Virus record (IMG/VR): IMGVR_UViG_3300028805_000095
Length of the DNA: 64,000 nt
Source: an uncultured virus (IMG/VR IMGVR_UViG_3300028805_000095)
Taxonomy: Duplodnaviria; Heunggongvirae; Uroviricota; Caudoviricetes
Reading direction: 5' to 3' (one strand)
The translations under genes and the position numbers were made by a program. The stretch's first letter is position 1; every line of letters begins with the position of its first letter. Below the pieces are notes generated by a model, which searched no databases, was not told the origin of the DNA, and saw only the letters and a list, made by a program, of their open reading frames with translations. Positions 40,661 to 52,500 of this stretch are shown here, piece after piece.

Positions 40661-40800
40661 GATATTTACATATAAGATTAGAGTCCTATATTGGTATCTA
40701 TAATGGAATGGGTAAAGAAGTTATAGATATAGATTTATCTAGTTCTAATAATAAGATAATCTTACTATCAGGAGCTAATGGAGAGGTTAAATATGGCTAA
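40657..40800 (+). pseudogene. truncated duplicate of the sbcC 5' end (47 codons)
   Basis: MRYLHIRLESYIGIYNGMGKEVIDIDLSSSNNKIILLSGANG aligns gap-free with SbcC MKYLAVRLDNYAGVYNGQHKESIYIDLSNSKSKIVLVSGKNG. Confidence 0.85.
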
Positions 40801-41590
40801 AGGTTTTTTTATAGACATGACAGGTAATACATATAACTATCTAACTGTAATCAATTTAAATAAAGAGAAAAGTGATGAAATGGGTTGTTTATATTGGGAT
40901 TGTATATGTAAATGCGGAAATAAAGTGACTGTTGCTGGTAGTAATTTAAGACGTGGCGATATTAAATCATGTGGATGTTTGCGCAGAGAAAGAATGTCTA
41001 AGTCTAATCGTATAGAGTTTGATGAAAATCTTGGATGCCTTAGAGTGTACTTTAATAATTGTGACGATTACTTCTTATGCGATGTAGAAGATAGAGATAT
41101 AGCAGAACAGTATTGTTGGTATAAGAATAGTTATGGATATGCTGTGCACAAGGATAAACATATAATTCATTTTCATAGACTTGTGATGGAAAAATATGAA
41201 GATATAGAAGATAGTCAAGTTGACCATATAAATAACGATAGATTAGATAATAGACGATTTAATTTAAGAAAATCTGATAATGGCAATAACAGTAGAAATA
41301 CTATTGGATATTCTAATACAGGTGAAAGGAATATTTGTTATGATAAGTCCAGAGATAAATATGTATTCAGTATTATGATAAATGGTAAAAAATATATGAA
41401 AAGATTCAATACAAAGGACGAAGCTATTGAATATCGTGAGCAGTTTAAGCAAGATCATCCAAATGACTTTTATTATAATCCATTAATGGATGCCAGATTA
41501 AGAGATCCGTCAACTATAATACATCCATTTAAATTTATAGATCAATCAAAAATAATAAAACCATTTTATTATATAAATAATGAGGAATAA
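40793..41590 (+). CDS. HNH-AP2 homing endonuclease
   Basis: WDCICKCG...KSCGC, FHRLVM...VDHINNDRLDNRRFNLR, AP2-like C-terminus. Confidence 0.85.
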   Translation: MAKGFFIDMTGNTYNYLTVINLNKEKSDEMGCLYWDCICKCGNKVTVAGSNLRRGDIKSCGCLRRERMSKSNRIEFDENLGCLRVYFNNCDDYFLCDVEDRDIAEQYCWYKNSYGYAVHKDKHIIHFHRLVMEKYEDIEDSQVDHINNDRLDNRRFNLRKSDNGNNSRNTIGYSNTGERNICYDKSRDKYVFSIMINGKKYMKRFNTKDEAIEYREQFKQDHPNDFYYNPLMDARLRDPSTIIHPFKFIDQSKIIKPFYYINNEE

Positions 41591-41593
41591 AAA

Positions 41594-44299
41594 ATGAAAT
41601 ATTTAGCTGTAAGGCTTGATAATTATGCTGGTGTATATAATGGTCAGCATAAAGAGTCAATTTATATAGACTTATCTAATTCTAAAAGTAAGATAGTTTT
41701 GGTATCAGGAAAAAATGGTTCATCTAAATCTACCATAATAAATGCGATAAATCTATTACCTGATGGTAGTGAAAGTTTTATTGAAGGTAAAGCTGCTTCT
41801 AAGTATCTTAAACTTACTGATGGAGTGAATATATATGAAGTAACCTTCTCTCATCCTGTAGATAAGAATGGTAATCGTGTAGTTACCAAAGTAAGTTTAT
41901 TAAAGAATGGTGTAGAAATGAATCCTAATGGAAATGTAGGTTCATATAAAGATATTATCTTTAATGAGTTTGATATCGATGGAAACTTCTTATCCTTATC
42001 TAAGATATCTTCCGATAATAGAGGATTAGCAGATAAGAAACCAGCAGAGAGAAAGAAGATAATGTCATCATTAATAGCATCATTAGATACATATAATGAG
42101 ATTTATAAGAATCTTAATAAGAAGGCTAATGTATTTAAGTCATATGTAAATACTATTGGTAACAAGATATCTTCTGCTGGAGATGAATCATTATTATTAG
42201 ACACTAAAGCATCATTAGAAGCAAAAGAACTTGCTTTGAATAATACTATAATCGCTTCTAGAGATAAAGTAGTTGAATTTAAGACTGTATTATCTATGAA
42301 TGATAAAGATGGTTCTCTTAAAGCCAGATATGATGAATTAGAAAGTAATCTAAAGATAGCAGAAGAGAAATGTAATCAATCCTATAGAGAACTAGTTAGA
42401 ATTAAAGATAATAATAGTGAATTTAACTTCGATAAAACAAATGAAGAAATCGAAAAGTACACTAAATTGCTGAATCAGCACTCGTCAGATATCGAAAAAG
42501 ATATATCTGAGATGAATGCAATTCTCATAAACGTGAATTCTGTCAATTCCGATATAGATAGACTGGACATACGAATTGAGAAGCTCTCAGGTGAGGTTGA
42601 TAACGATTTAGAGAAAACTATTAAAGAATATAAATCTAAGATGGTTGATATTCAATATAGTATATCTAAACTAGAAATAAAAGATATCAATTCAATAACA
42701 TCAGAAGAGATTAATAAGGCGATAGATATATTTGAACAGATAGCATTAGCAGTAGATTCTGTATATGAGCAAACTTCTTTAGATGATTTGAAAAAACTGG
42801 AAAATGACGTGGATACTCAATATGAAAAGTTCGTAGCTGTTGAATCTAAATTAAAAGATACCATGGCAGAATTAACTATCAAGAAGAATAATATGGAACA
42901 TGATAAAGAAATAGTATCTGTATTAGAGAATAGACCTAAGTCTTGTAAAGATGATAGTTGTGTATTTGTAAAAGCTGCTTTAGATATCGCTGAGAATTAT
43001 GGAGGAACTAAGAAATTACTTAGAGATTATAATGAGGTATCTAAACATTTATCTGGTGTAACTGCCGAACTAGAGAATTTACAAAATGTAATTATACCTG
43101 ATTATAGACGTTTAATAAGTATCAATAATATCATTAAAGGTATATTTAATTTAGTAAATGAGAATAGTATATTATTATCTAAATTTTATAAAGCCAGAAA
43201 TTTATCCGATACAAAACACATGTACTATTTAATCTGTGACCAGGAATATAGATTTAATGAATTTAGAGATTTATCTAAATATAGAAATCTATCTAATGAT
43301 ATCATAGAATATAAATCTCTAGATGAGATAGTATCTAAACTAGAAGTAAAATACGAGATTCAGAAGAATAGCATGAATCAATTAAATGAATATATTGCTG
43401 AGAGAGATGAGAAGATTATTACTAGAGATAATTATAAAAAAGAATATGATGCTAAGAAGAATGATAAAGTATTCTTAGAAGGTATGATAGATACTATAAA
43501 CAGAAATCTTTCTATATTAACTCAATATCAAACTAAGTTTGATGAATGGAATAATAGTAAGATAGAATTAGATGCTATGAAGAAAGAATCTGATACTATA
43601 AAAGAATCTTTTAAGTCTTCTTTAGATATTCTGAATAGCATATCAGAATTAGAAGAATTGATAAGAAACTCTACAGAAGAGTTAACTCCGATAATAGAAC
43701 AGAAGAACAATATAGATGCTCAATTAGTACTTATATCTAGTTATAAGAATGAGTATGAGATGTATAAAGAAAAGTTTGATTTTGTATCTAAATTAAGAAA
43801 CTATAGTTCTCCTACATCTGGTAGTATCCAATCATTGTTTATGTCTATTTATATGGATAAGACTCTTGTAATGGTAAATCAACTTCTAGGAATGTTATTC
43901 GGTGGAGAGTATCAGATACTGCAATATGTAATTAATGAAGATGAATTTAGAATACCTTTCTTAGGAAATGGTATGACTGTAGATGATATATCATCTGGTT
44001 CTACATCTCAAGTATGTATGATGGGTATGATAATTAACTTAGTCTTAGCAAATATGTGTTCCACTAAGTATAATATTGTATCTCTAGATGAAATAGATGG
44101 TGGTCTAGATAATCAGAATAAGTATATGTTTATCGAAGTACTTAATAAGATATCAGATATTCTTAATATAGACCAGATATTTGTTATATCTCATTCTATA
44201 GAGTCTTCATTGGTTAATACTGATGTAATACTTACATCCAAGTCACAGGATTATGCGGATTTATTCGCAGATTCAAACATTTTATACCAGCCAAACTAA
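41594..44299 (+). CDS. sbcC: SbcC/Rad50-like ATPase
   Basis: SGKNGSSKST Walker A, long coiled coils, central CKDDSCVF hook-like motif, SSGS signature, SLDEIDGGLD, VISH. Confidence 0.85.
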   Translation: MKYLAVRLDNYAGVYNGQHKESIYIDLSNSKSKIVLVSGKNGSSKSTIINAINLLPDGSESFIEGKAASKYLKLTDGVNIYEVTFSHPVDKNGNRVVTKVSLLKNGVEMNPNGNVGSYKDIIFNEFDIDGNFLSLSKISSDNRGLADKKPAERKKIMSSLIASLDTYNEIYKNLNKKANVFKSYVNTIGNKISSAGDESLLLDTKASLEAKELALNNTIIASRDKVVEFKTVLSMNDKDGSLKARYDELESNLKIAEEKCNQSYRELVRIKDNNSEFNFDKTNEEIEKYTKLLNQHSSDIEKDISEMNAILINVNSVNSDIDRLDIRIEKLSGEVDNDLEKTIKEYKSKMVDIQYSISKLEIKDINSITSEEINKAIDIFEQIALAVDSVYEQTSLDDLKKLENDVDTQYEKFVAVESKLKDTMAELTIKKNNMEHDKEIVSVLENRPKSCKDDSCVFVKAALDIAENYGGTKKLLRDYNEVSKHLSGVTAELENLQNVIIPDYRRLISINNIIKGIFNLVNENSILLSKFYKARNLSDTKHMYYLICDQEYRFNEFRDLSKYRNLSNDIIEYKSLDEIVSKLEVKYEIQKNSMNQLNEYIAERDEKIITRDNYKKEYDAKKNDKVFLEGMIDTINRNLSILTQYQTKFDEWNNSKIELDAMKKESDTIKESFKSSLDILNSISELEELIRNSTEELTPIIEQKNNIDAQLVLISSYKNEYEMYKEKFDFVSKLRNYSSPTSGSIQSLFMSIYMDKTLVMVNQLLGMLFGGEYQILQYVINEDEFRIPFLGNGMTVDDISSGSTSQVCMMGMIINLVLANMCSTKYNIVSLDEIDGGLDNQNKYMFIEVLNKISDILNIDQIFVISHSIESSLVNTDVILTSKSQDYADLFADSNILYQPN

Positions 44300-44336
44300 C
44301 TTTCATATAATTTATTAACGCAGGAGATGATGTGGC

Positions 44337-44645
44337 ATGAATAAGTTCCTTTTGATAATTGATAAATTATTTAGCCATCAAGACAACGCTGGTAAGCATA
44401 GATATATCGTCAATGATGGATGTAGAAGTCCAGAGAAAATACTTTCCAAGAGAAAGTATATTAAAGAATTTGATCCAAGTGTTGAAGACATAGATAATGA
44501 GCATTCTTTAGTAATTAATATTAGAGATTCTGCTCTGGAGAAATTTAGGAATAAGAATTTCGATTTTGATAGGTCTACAACACAAATTATCTATGACGAT
44601 AAATTTATATCAGGTATTAATGGTTATATATTTATAATACGTTAA
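44337..44645 (+). CDS. hypothetical protein
   Basis: 102 aa, AGGAG RBS. Confidence 0.55.
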   Translation: MNKFLLIIDKLFSHQDNAGKHRYIVNDGCRSPEKILSKRKYIKEFDPSVEDIDNEHSLVINIRDSALEKFRNKNFDFDRSTTQIIYDDKFISGINGYIFIIR

Positions 44646-44834
44646 ATTACTCCATATGACTGGGCTATTATAGCCCAGTCAAACTTTTTTTCAATTATAT
44701 ATAATATTAATGTAGTAGAGAAGATTTGGCATATTAATTTCCCCAATCTTCTCTACTACACTTATTTTGTATTAGAATACAATGTAACTCAAAAACTTTT
44801 TTAATTAAAATAATTTTATATGGAGGAAATTAAC

Positions 44835-46436
44835 ATGTTCAAATTCAAAACAACACATCCTACAGTAGCAGCTGTAGCAGCATCAGTTGGTGCAGCTAAC
44901 TTATCGAAGTCAGTAGCAGAATCTCAAGAGAACGAAGTGCCATTCGATGAAGATTCAAAAGAAACAAAGAAGAAAGTAAAAAAGAAAAAGAAATCAATTA
45001 ATGTAATAGATGTTGCATTATTGGGTACAATCTATAGTGGATTAAAAATATATGATATAGTCACAGATGGCATTATTCATGGCGGACTTGCTGGAGAGAT
45101 TAAAGATAGGAAAGCAGAGAAAAAGGCTAGAAAGGCTGAGAAGTTACAGGAAAAGCAGAACTATAAATTAGTTTCTGAAGAGATTGTTTACCCGCCCGCA
45201 ATAGTTGAATCTGATGAGCCTAAAACAGCCGAGTTTACAGTTCAGCAGGATACAAACACTCAGCCTGTAAATAATATTATGCTTAACAATTTAATCAGAA
45301 AATATAATTATACTGATAAAATTTTAGCAACCGCTGCATTATGGTGCTGTGAAAAGATAAATGATGATCAAGTTGGTGCTGTCATAGCAAGTATTGATAC
45401 TGATGAATCTAACAACGAAAAGCTCATCTTCCTTAATTCCGCAACTATGTTCTTTGCTGATAAGAGATTTGCAACTAACCCTAAGTTCACTGATATTGAA
45501 TTTACAGTTTCTGCTGAATCTCTTGAGACAGTGATTAGAGATTTATCAACACTTGATATATTGAGAGACAATCAGATTCTTAGCGATATCATTTCTAGAT
45601 CTAAAGAATATATTAAAGCTAAATCTAATAAGAATGTAATTATCTTTGATAATAGTAAACTTAATCTTAATGTATCTAAGTGCCCTCAGCAAGTTGTATC
45701 AAAGATCGAAAGAGTACTTGGTGATGTTTTGGCAGAATGTAATCATACTTTAAATCAGCTTCCTACAGGATTAGTTGAATTAAGAATGTTTAAATCAGAA
45801 GATCAGACAGATATCTATATGATTGATCCTGGTGTAATCTTTGCTGGTGAAGTTAAGATGCTTGTAACTGATGTAAATGGAAATGACTTCTTTACATCTA
45901 ATATTCCTTTGATTAGAAAGTTCATCTTAAATAATTCGTATAGAGTAGCTATGGAAGATGTTCCTGAGATGCTTATTAATGAGCATCAGTTTCTCGACCA
46001 GTCTCTTATGATTAATTATGACTTCACAAATATCAATGCTAAGATGAAAGAGATGACTATCGAAGATATGCAGAAGCTTGAAGCTAAGCTTAACTATATC
46101 AGAGCTGAAGTAATTGATAAATTTAAAGTATCTCCTAGAATGAAGATTAAGAATTTTAAGTCTATAGATTCATTCCAGGTATCTTCTGACAACAAGATTC
46201 CTTCACCTATGGAAGAGATGACCAAAGAAGTTATCAATGGATTAACTATCAAGGTTAAGAAGGATGAATATACATTCGAATTGAGAGATGAGAATGGTAA
46301 TTTAACTAACCAGGATAAAGTTACTATGGATTATAGCGTAGTAGTTCAGTTAGCATCTGGAACTGTAGATATTAATACTGCTCGTCAGTTAAATAATACT
46401 ATTAAAGTCCAGAATACTGTAAATGGTACTAAGTAA
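44835..46436 (+). CDS. hypothetical protein
   Basis: ATG after GGAGG; about 533 aa; Lys-rich N-terminal region. Confidence 0.75.
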   Translation: MFKFKTTHPTVAAVAASVGAANLSKSVAESQENEVPFDEDSKETKKKVKKKKKSINVIDVALLGTIYSGLKIYDIVTDGIIHGGLAGEIKDRKAEKKARKAEKLQEKQNYKLVSEEIVYPPAIVESDEPKTAEFTVQQDTNTQPVNNIMLNNLIRKYNYTDKILATAALWCCEKINDDQVGAVIASIDTDESNNEKLIFLNSATMFFADKRFATNPKFTDIEFTVSAESLETVIRDLSTLDILRDNQILSDIISRSKEYIKAKSNKNVIIFDNSKLNLNVSKCPQQVVSKIERVLGDVLAECNHTLNQLPTGLVELRMFKSEDQTDIYMIDPGVIFAGEVKMLVTDVNGNDFFTSNIPLIRKFILNNSYRVAMEDVPEMLINEHQFLDQSLMINYDFTNINAKMKEMTIEDMQKLEAKLNYIRAEVIDKFKVSPRMKIKNFKSIDSFQVSSDNKIPSPMEEMTKEVINGLTIKVKKDEYTFELRDENGNLTNQDKVTMDYSVVVQLASGTVDINTARQLNNTIKVQNTVNGTK

Positions 46437-46520
46437 TCAATAATATAAGGGAGAGGTTCATTATGAACCTCTTTCTTTTTTGTTATTTTTTGCCTATTTA
46501 GGGGCAATTTCTACTATTTC

Positions 46521-46532
46521 AACATCTTATTA
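46521..46532 (+). promoter_or_regulatory. AR9-type late promoter-like motif AACA-N6-TA
   Basis: AACATCTTATTA directly upstream of the giant virion gene RBS. Confidence 0.55.
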
Positions 46533-46558
46533 ATACTTATATAGGAGGTATAATCTCG

Positions 46559-49500
46559 ATGAATGCAACACAATACTTACGTAATGTGGGCAAAAGTATG
46601 GGATACGTAGCTATTGATAGTTTCAAGAATATGGCTCCCAATACTGCTGCATTGTTTGAAAATGCAAAAGATTTTTCCTCTGATTTATATCAAACGATCA
46701 ATGACTTCAAAGGTAAAGCTGTCGGTGCAGATACTGGCAGCCTTAAAGGCTCTATTAAGAATACTGCTTCTGAAACATGGAAGAATGCCAGAGATGACTT
46801 TCTTTCAGGTAAGTGGTATAACAAAGAAAGAAAAGATGCTGCTAATGATCAAATGCTCAAGGATATGGGCTTTGACTTTGATTTCAATTTTGATATTGAT
46901 GATTTCGGAGACTATGAAGACACCTCAGAGAAAGCTGCTGCAGAGCAGAGTCAGAAAGAAACTCAAGCCGTTGTCGGAACTATCAATAGTTCCGTGGCAT
47001 CCGCCGCTAATACAGTAGCCTCTGTTACAGCAAAGTCTACAGACTATTTAGCATCAGTACAAAATACAAATACTGCAGCATTATATAATTTAAATACTCA
47101 AGGTTTCAATAACGTAAACCTTGGTTTAAATGCTATTAATGCAAATATTGGTGCTCTTGTTTCGTTAGCTAAACCTTTAACCGATCATATGCAGAACTCT
47201 GCTGTGTTCTATGCTAAGAGTACAGAGTATCAAGACAAATCTTTGAAGTTATTAGAGCAATTAGTAAAGAATACAACACCTGCTCAGAGGAAGAGATCCT
47301 CTAGCGGTAAAGCATCGTTTGAAGATTATGTAAGTGATAGTGGTATTGACCTTGCAAGACTCTTTGGAGATATGAAGGGCAATGCCTCTAAGGAGTTAAA
47401 AGAATACAAAGAATTATTTGCAATGCTTGGTGGAGGTAAAGGTCTTACTGGAGACATCACAGCTTCACCTATATCATTCTTATTATCTTCTTTTCTTATT
47501 CCTGGATTAGTAGGTGAGAAAAGACGTGGTAAGATTAAAGGCTTTGATGATTATTTAAAGACTTTAGGTATCGGAGCATTAGCTAGAGGTTCTAGAAAAT
47601 TTAACGATAGTGCCCTTGGTAGTTTATTGAGCATAATTGGTATAGAGATACCTGAACTTAAGTCTAGATCTTCCATAGATACAAAAAATTATATTCAAGG
47701 CAAAATAGACTGGGATGGTCAGTCAAAGAAAGCTATAACTGAAGTTATTCCTTATTACCTCTCTAAGATGACAGCCATTATGGATGGTTCTGGAGAGATG
47801 GAAATCTTTGATTATAAGGCAGGTAAGTTTACTACAACTACTAAACTTAGAGAGTCTTATGAATCAGAGAGAAGAAAGACTGCAAGTTCTGCAGGATATG
47901 ATTTATCTCGTAAATTAGAAAAAGCTGGTACTGGAATTACTAAAGACGAATTAGATAGTTTCAGTACTATACTAATGCTTTATGGTGGTAGAGATTTAGA
48001 TATGTTATTCTCTACAAGAAATCAGGATAGAACTGAATATCTTAAGAATCATAAAGAAGTAAGAGAATTCCTTGATAAACATCCTGGAATAAACAAGATG
48101 ATACGTCAGGGTACATTTGCTGGTAATACCAAAGGTGCAGTTACTAAATATGATTTAACTAACTACTTTGGTGAAATTACTGGTACTATGGCCAGAAATT
48201 CGAGAAACCATGCTCAATGGGAAGAAGAAGGTACTTATGGTATGCTCTTCAACGAAGCAATGGGTCTTAATAGTAAATCTGGCGGTGTAGGATTATTCGG
48301 TAGAGATAGTAGTAACTATAGTGCACTTGATTACCTTAGAGGTATATATCTCAATACATTTGATCTTAGTGTAAAGAGTTCTAAGAGAAAAGGTGCAAAG
48401 CCTCCTTTAAGCAGTTCAGGAATTCCTACTAATACTAATAAAGCTATGTCAGAATCTGTTAAGGAAGAGTCTGTTGCTAGTGGTAAAGGCATGAATCTCG
48501 CTGCAGGTGGAGAAGAAGGCTTCTTAGAGAAGCTTAAGTCGACACTTCATGACATCGTGTTCAATGATGGTGGTTTACTTGGTTGGGCTACTAATGAACA
48601 GACTGGTGTTAAAGCTAAGTTCAAAAAGCTTGGTGGTAAGTTTAGAGACTTCTACTTTGGCCCTCAGGATACTGTAGTAAATCAGTATTTAGGTGGTGTT
48701 GTACGTAAGACTGGTTTAGCTGCTCTTTCAGAAGGTGAAATAGTTATACCTGCTCAGTTTAATCCTTATTATAATAAGAGAATTAACAGAAGAGCACAAA
48801 GAGCTGGAGAAAATAGAGCAATATCTAGATTCTTTGGTGGATATGCTGATGGTACTACTGATGCTGGTGATGAAGCATCTAAGAAACTTCATATTGATGC
48901 AAATAGTTTCTTAGGTAAAGCTGGCAATACAATGGCTAAAGGCTTTAGTGACTTTGGTGTATTATTATTTAATCTCTTTAGTGAATCTATGGGATTGAAT
49001 GGTGAGAAAGCTACATTTGAACAGCAGAGAGCTAAGGTTGCTGATATTATTGGTAATGCTACCAAGAGTATCAAGGGATTCGCTAATGAACATGGTTCTG
49101 ATATGTTAATTGGAGCTATGGTAGGCGGTGGTGTATCCTTATTAACAGGTGCTGCTATAAATCCTATACTTGGTGCTGCTGTTGGAGCTGGTACTAGCCT
49201 CATTATGACATCAGATAAAGTAAGAGATTTCTTATTTGGCACTGATAAAAAGAGAGGTCTAATGGGTGATTTTGGTAAAGACGTACGTAAATTCGTAGAA
49301 GATCAATTACCTGTAACACTCATGTCAGGAGCAACAGGTGGTGCTGCTGGTTTATTATTAGGACATCCTGTAGTTGGTATGTTCTTAGGAGCTGGAGCTG
49401 GATTCATTAGTCAATCGAAGAAAGCACAGAACTTATTGTTCGGTGAAATCAATGAGACTACTGGTGAAAGAGAAGGCGGTATATTACCTGCAAAGATGCA

Positions 49501-52500
49501 AAAATTCTTAAGAAATGCTGTACCTGGTGCATCTGCTGGTGCTATTAGTGGTGTTATTGCCACAGCATTAGGTGGACCTTTTGGTTTAGTTGGAAATATG
49601 TTATTAGGAGCTGGTGTTGGTACTTTTGTCACCAGTGAAAAATTCAAAGACTGGTTCTTAGGAAAAGAAGGAGAAGATAGAAAACGTGAAGGTGGTTTTG
49701 TAAAAGAATTAAGAGAAAGAGTTCTTAATCCCGTCAGAGAGATATTCTTCAACTTATCAGATAGAATCAGACAAGACGTAAGAGATTATATAGCTATACC
49801 ATTGGCACAGCACTCTAAAGAACTTGTCACAAAAATATATAATTCTAGAATCGTCCAAGGTGGTATACGAGGTGTTAAGTCTATTGGTACTGGTATCAAA
49901 ACTGGTTTAGGTAAACTTGGCATTAATTTAGATAATGTAAAGCCATTTGATCTTAGAGGTACTAGAGATAAAATAGTAGCTAGAAACCTTATGGGTGGAT
50001 ATGGTGTAAGAGATAAAAGCGGTAGATTCCTTACAGCTAAGCAGAAATTAGATAGATTTGAAGGTCTAAGTGATCTCGAAGGTTACGAAGATTATATCGG
50101 GGGCTTTGGATATAAAACAGCTTCAATGTTATCGGAAGATAATATGAATGATAAGCAGTTGTTGGCTTTAAATAGACAACTTTCTAAAGTTAATAATGCT
50201 TCTGATTTGGCTGCATTAGGATTCAAAGGAACCTTTACAGATGCTCAAGTTAGAAGATTAAAAGAATCTGCTAGAGTAGAGGCTAAAGCTAGAAAAGCTA
50301 AAACTCCTATAGACCATATCGCTATAGCTACAGATAATATTAAAAATACATTAGAGACAATTAAGACAGAAGGTTTAAAACCTTATGCACCTCCAAAAAC
50401 GTCTGCTGAATATACTGAATATAAAAATGCTGAAGAAGCTAAAACAGCAATAGAACGTAAGATGCTTGAGTTACAAGAGCAAAGTGCAAAAAAGTTTAAT
50501 GATGTATTTGGTTTAGGTGATGATGGAAAACCTTTACCTGAGAAATCAAATAAGAAAAAAGAGAGTATTCTTAATAAGTTATTTGGTGAAGAATCTATTA
50601 TTGGTAAAGCTTCAGCATTCATCGTAAAAGCTGGTAAATGGATTTCTGCTATTGGACTTGGTGCTTTAATATTATCCGCTTTTGGTATATTTGATGATTT
50701 CATATATAATTTATCCGAAAAACTTGGTCTTGGAGTATTTGGTGCAAAAGATACTGGTGATTTTACTGTTGGTGGATATGGATATCTTGGTGGCGGCACT
50801 GGTGGTGGATATACAGATGCTGACGGAAATGTTGTGCCTTTAGGAGATATCAGTAATGTTGTTAATTACAAAGATCCAACAGATATTAAGAAAGCTTACG
50901 ATAGTATTAAAGATTATACTTATAAAAGAACTGATACTTATAGTTGGTCTGAAAGAGCTAAAGAAGCATTAGTTAGAAATAGTCCTAAAATAATATCTAC
51001 TGGATTAGCTTTAGCGTCACATGCTGTTACATTACTTAGTAGCAAAATGACTGAAGTACTGACTATGATTCTTAAAATACCAACAGTCAATAATATGCTT
51101 GCTAAGGGTGGATATTATATAATAGATCCCGCCGATGATGCAGCAAAAGCAGTATCTAAGATAATACCTGTAGATTTAGTAGAAAAATTAGGAGCTAAAG
51201 AAATATCAGAAATATTATCAGATGTAACAACTGTTATTAATATAGCTATGGCTATTATTGACTTTACAGCAGGTTATCAGGATGCCGAAGTAACAATGCA
51301 TGTAGCTAACCCATCTATTGGAGAAAGAGTTATATCTGGTATGGTTAGGGCTTTGAAGAACTTGATTCCTGTTGTTGGTGTTTTAATCCCAGATAAACTC
51401 GTAGTTGATGTTTTTGTAAAAATGTTTGGTGGTGCTTTGGGGCTAGATGATTTTGAAGCACGAAGAGCCGAGGCAGATGAAATCGTAGCACAGTATAATG
51501 CTGAGCATGGTACAGAATTAAATTGGAACCAATATCAGAAATCTGTACTTGATAATAAGACTTGGACTGAACAAGCCTGGGAAGGTGTAAAGACCAGAGT
51601 AGGTAGAACCGTTGAAACAGCTCAAATATTTGGTAAAGATGCTAAAGAGAACGGTTTAGGTTCTGCTTTATCTAATTATTTAGGTGGAGGATTCAATAGA
51701 GCTCTTGAGAAAACTATGTCAACTCAAGGTGGCAATCTCATCTCAAATGGTATAGAACTTAATGCAAATGTTATTGACCAACTAATGCCTGGTATTATAG
51801 GTGATATTTTAAGTTCAATAAATAGAGCTAGAATGTATGGATGGGCTGGTGATTTTGCAGGAATTGCAAGTGTTAACCTTGAAGTATTCGAAGGTTCTGA
51901 TGATCCTATCACTGGATTTATGTCTCATTTGATAAATCCTGTACTTACATTAGTAAAAGTTGAAGCATATGCTACTGCAGCAGGTGTTAAATTAGTTCAA
52001 AATATAAAAGATGGATTTAAAGAATTTGATTTTGGAAGTAATCCTTTTGCTTCTTTAGTAGAGGATTACTTAAATATTAACCTCCATGCATTAGCTGGTG
52101 ATGTGGGAGAGATGTGGACTTATAAGCCTAATCTTAATACTGGAAATAAGTTTATCGAAGGCATATGGGATATTGTTATGACAGCTGATAAGCTCATGAA
52201 TACTCCTTTTGCTGCTGTAACATGGGTTGTTAAGAAAGTATGGAATGGAATATCCGACTTTGCTGCACCTTTCTTAGAGTCAGATTCGATAGCTGCTGGT
52301 ATAGATATGGCAAAAACAGTCATGGCTGGAGATTTATCAGGGCTATGGAAATCCACAAATCCTGTTACTGAAAAAGGCGGATTGATAGGACCATTAGCTA
52401 GTATTGGTCTTTTCATTAGTAAAGCTCTTTGGACAGGTCCAACATTAATGGTTAAAATAGGAAAATTAATGCATGATCCTATTTTGAAATTCATTGATGG

